Of a stretch of 35,460 nt of DNA, positions 35,458-35,460 are shown in pieces. This DNA comes from an uncultured virus (IMG/VR IMGVR_UViG_2061766007_000680) (taxonomy: Duplodnaviria; Heunggongvirae; Uroviricota; Caudoviricetes): the IMG/VR virus record IMGVR_UViG_2061766007_000680; one strand, 5' to 3'. The first letter of the stretch is position 1, and the number at the start of each line of letters is the position of its first letter. The position numbers and the translations under genes are program-made. The notes beneath the pieces are model-generated. The model was not told the DNA's origin. It ran no database searches and saw nothing but the letters and a program-made list of their open reading frames with translations.

Positions 35458-35460
35458 TTT

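Overview
AT-rich, gene-dense window with most genes on the minus strand. It reads as part of a large (jumbo-type) phage genome infecting a Bacteroidales host. The evidence is Bacteroidota-type TAnnTTTG promoters, A-rich start regions without Shine-Dalgarno sites, a Bacteroidota-type holin, and many small phage-family ORFs. Identifiable genes include a terminase-like ATPase, HD and HAD phosphatases, a free-standing LAGLIDADG endonuclease, YqeY, an Rnl2-type RNA ligase with an adjacent HNH protein, an AAA+ ATPase, dUTPase, an acyl carrier protein, two metallophosphoesterases, a ThyX-like protein and a ClpC-like chaperone. Highlights: (1) a tightly coupled three-gene module of a Met-rich protein, a vWA protein and a divergent PurA-like ligase whose substrate loop differs from both PurA and PurZ; (2) a 1383-aa secreted adhesin-like protein with a T9SS-type C-terminal tail next to a secreted protein with a PIGxG-transmembrane-basic sorting signal, apparently host cell-surface cargo carried by a phage; (3) a ClpC with a degenerate first ATPase ring; (4) repeated 40-bp promoter cassettes and a second TATTTAT promoter class; (5) weak hints of amber read-through. 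All family calls come from motif recognition by eye; no database search was run.
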